Positions 62,068 to 64,000 of a stretch of 64,000 nt of DNA are shown piece by piece. Below the pieces are notes generated by a model. That model did no database searches, was not told where the DNA came from, and was given only the letters and a program-made list of their open reading frames with translations. Within the stretch, counting starts at the first letter, position 1. Each line of letters opens with the position of its first letter. Location of the stretch: contig JBHGNT010000013.1 in assembly GCA_043228905.1 (NCBI GenBank), forward strand, positions 11,408,001 through 11,472,000, written 5' to 3'. The DNA comes from Azolla caroliniana (Eukaryota; Plantae; Polypodiophyta). A program made the position numbers and the translations under genes.

Positions 62068-63144
62068 ATCAATGACTACACTCGGCACACTTGGGCGTGC
62101 TTGATCTCAAAGAAGAGTGAAATCTTCGCCTGTGTCCTGAATGTGAAGAGCCTTACCAAACGGGAAAGAAACAAAAAGATCAAGTGGTTGAGGTTCAATG
62201 GCGGAAAAGAGTACTTTTTTGACCAGTTCTCGAGTTATCTGCATAAGGAAGGAAGTCAGCGAGAATTCTCTTGCAGATACACACCGGAGCATAATGGTGT
62301 GGCCGAACGAAAGAATCAGACGATAGAGGAAGCAGCCGGGGCTATGCTCGAGGAGAAGCATTTGACGAAATTCTATTGGGCTGAAGGTGTCAGGACAACG
62401 GTATACCTGCAGAATCGGACTTCTACAAATGGAGGAGTGTCGCCACATGAGTTGTATTTTAGGAAGACATCGAATCTGGGACACTAAAGGGTGTTCGGAA
62501 GCATTGCCTATGTGCATGTGCCGAAGGAGAAACGAAGTAATCTAGATGCAAAAGCTGATAAGTGCAATCTCATTGGCTACTCGGACGAGCAAAAGGGTTA
62601 TCAGTGTTATAACCCCCGAACAAAAGAGGTCCTCGTAAGCTGAGATGTCATTTTTGACGAGTTGGCTTCGTGGTATTTGCCTTTGTCTCCAAACCCCAAC
62701 AAGTCCATCCTGAATTCTGCGGATTAAGTTAATGAGGCCGAAATTCCTCCGCACGAAGAAGAAATCGAAACTCTGGAAAAGAGTTCGATCTCATTCCGGC
62801 TAAGTGGGCTGAATGAGAGACTAAGTCGGATGAGGAGTCGATGAGTAGTGGAGACTCGAGCGTGCTGTCCCCACGCAAGGAACCGAGGAGACAGTTCACG
62901 CGGAAAGAGAAGGGGAAGAAGAAGATGTTGGAATACGGCACTGACAAGGAAGAGTCGTATCGGAGCGAATCCGACTTTGGAAAGCATGAAGATGGACCTC
63001 CTGAGAAGAGGTCGGAGTCGGCCAAGAGGGATATTAAATCGGTAGAGCAGAAATTGCACCGATCAACATACTAGAAGAACCCCATAGTCTGGTATGGGTA
63101 CAAGGATTATACGGCGCATCATTATGTGTACATGAGGAAGGTGG

Positions 63145-63825
63145 CAACTCGATGTTCATGACATTGTCCTCCCCTTCAATGTCGACTTCAAGAAGGTGCA
63201 AGTTTGTGAGGATATCGGAGATGAAAATCATGAACCACATTTGGGGCATTGAGTAAATTTTTTGTAGGCTCCCATGTGGTCTTAGAAATGGGATATCCTT
63301 TCCACAAGACTAGATACTGGAGATTTTGTCGGCTCTTGCGCGAGTCTAGAATGGTCTCGACTTCATAGTCATCCCCGGTTGCTAATGGTATAGGGGGTGG
63401 TGGCTCGATGCTTCTTCCTAGAATTGAGGATGGATGGTAGAGCTCAAGAAGAGATGCATGGAAGACATTGTGAATTCGGTAGTGTGATGGAAGAGAAAGA
63501 AGAAAAGCTACGGGGTTGACTTTGTCAACAATTTGGAACAGACCCAATTTTTTGTAGTAAAGTTTGTTGCATGGACGATAAGTTTGAGTATGCTATCGTA
63601 ATAGCCAGACCATGTCGCCGACTTTAAAACTAGGTGCATCCCGCCGATGTCAATCAACCTTCTCTTTGTGTCGGTCTTGAGCAATGAAGAGTTCGAGGGA
63701 TAGGTCATGGTGCACTTCTTTCATCAAGCGAGCTCGTTCTTCAACAGATGGATTCATAGAACCAGCAGGGATAGCTATTGTTAAAGCATGGATGGAACCT
63801 ATAGTTTGCTAAGAAGGGTGTTATG
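63145..63825 (-). mobile_element. Chromovirus 3' fragment (end of integrase, chromodomain, PPT, about 17 nt of LTR)
   Basis: ORF 63188-63547(-) DDYEVETILDSRKSRQNLQYLVLWKGY...TWEP; PPT at about 63164-63176; LTR stub TGTCATGAACATCGAG. Confidence 0.85.
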
Positions 63826-64000
63826 TGTCATGATATGGCAAGACTTGAACCCATGACCTTATGGTATATGGGTCGAGCTCTTAACCATCACACCATCTAT
63901 TGTAATTCATAAGATATTATTTTCATTTATGTTTTATTATAAGAAAGTAATGTATATTCCAGATTTCTCTGGAACATTCTAGAAGTTTCAGGATTACTCC
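63826..64000 (+). mobile_element. Start of another TGTCA-type LTR carrying an antisense tRNA-like segment; cut by the window edge
   Basis: Begins TGTCATGA where the chromovirus fragment stops; minus strand has box A-like TGGTGTGATGG and box B GGTTCAAGTC. Confidence 0.5.

Larger units (their letters stand above)
48604..63135 (+). mobile_element. Degenerate family-B copia hosting the chromovirus and copia A4
   Basis: 5' LTR 48604-49025; PBS 49026-49036; two gag copies (about 49112-49825 and 49851-50701); continues 56017-56551 (protease, start of integrase) and 62073-63135 (integrase). Confidence 0.87.

Overview
Eukaryotic plant DNA, probably a non-seed land plant such as a fern (inferred from the retroelement families, not shown directly). 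One intact 10-exon subtilisin-like protease gene (SBT2.5/2.6-like, 42767-47366, about 816 aa) sits in an AT-rich island at about 35.2-48.6 kb. On both sides are deeply nested LTR retrotransposons. These include four Tnt1/Tork-like Ty1/copia copies ('family A'; the copy at 56552-62067 has an uninterrupted gag-pol ORF, near-identical LTRs and a TSD) and several degenerate copies of a second copia family ('family B'). There is also a complete non-chromovirus Ty3/gypsy (8666-15672) with a tRNA-Trp PBS and a -1 frameshift signal between protease and RT, a chromodomain gypsy (50702-55660), a non-coding TRIM-like element (about 32647-34760), solo LTRs and a LINE remnant. Most unusual signals: antisense tRNA-derived (Pol III box A/B) sequence inside LTRs, Tf1-type 11-nt self-priming sites in two elements, the gag-pro/pol frameshift architecture, a tail-to-tail LTR palindrome, mosaic copia genomes and strong CCGG enrichment in young elements. 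All coordinates were read by eye and may be off by a few bases.
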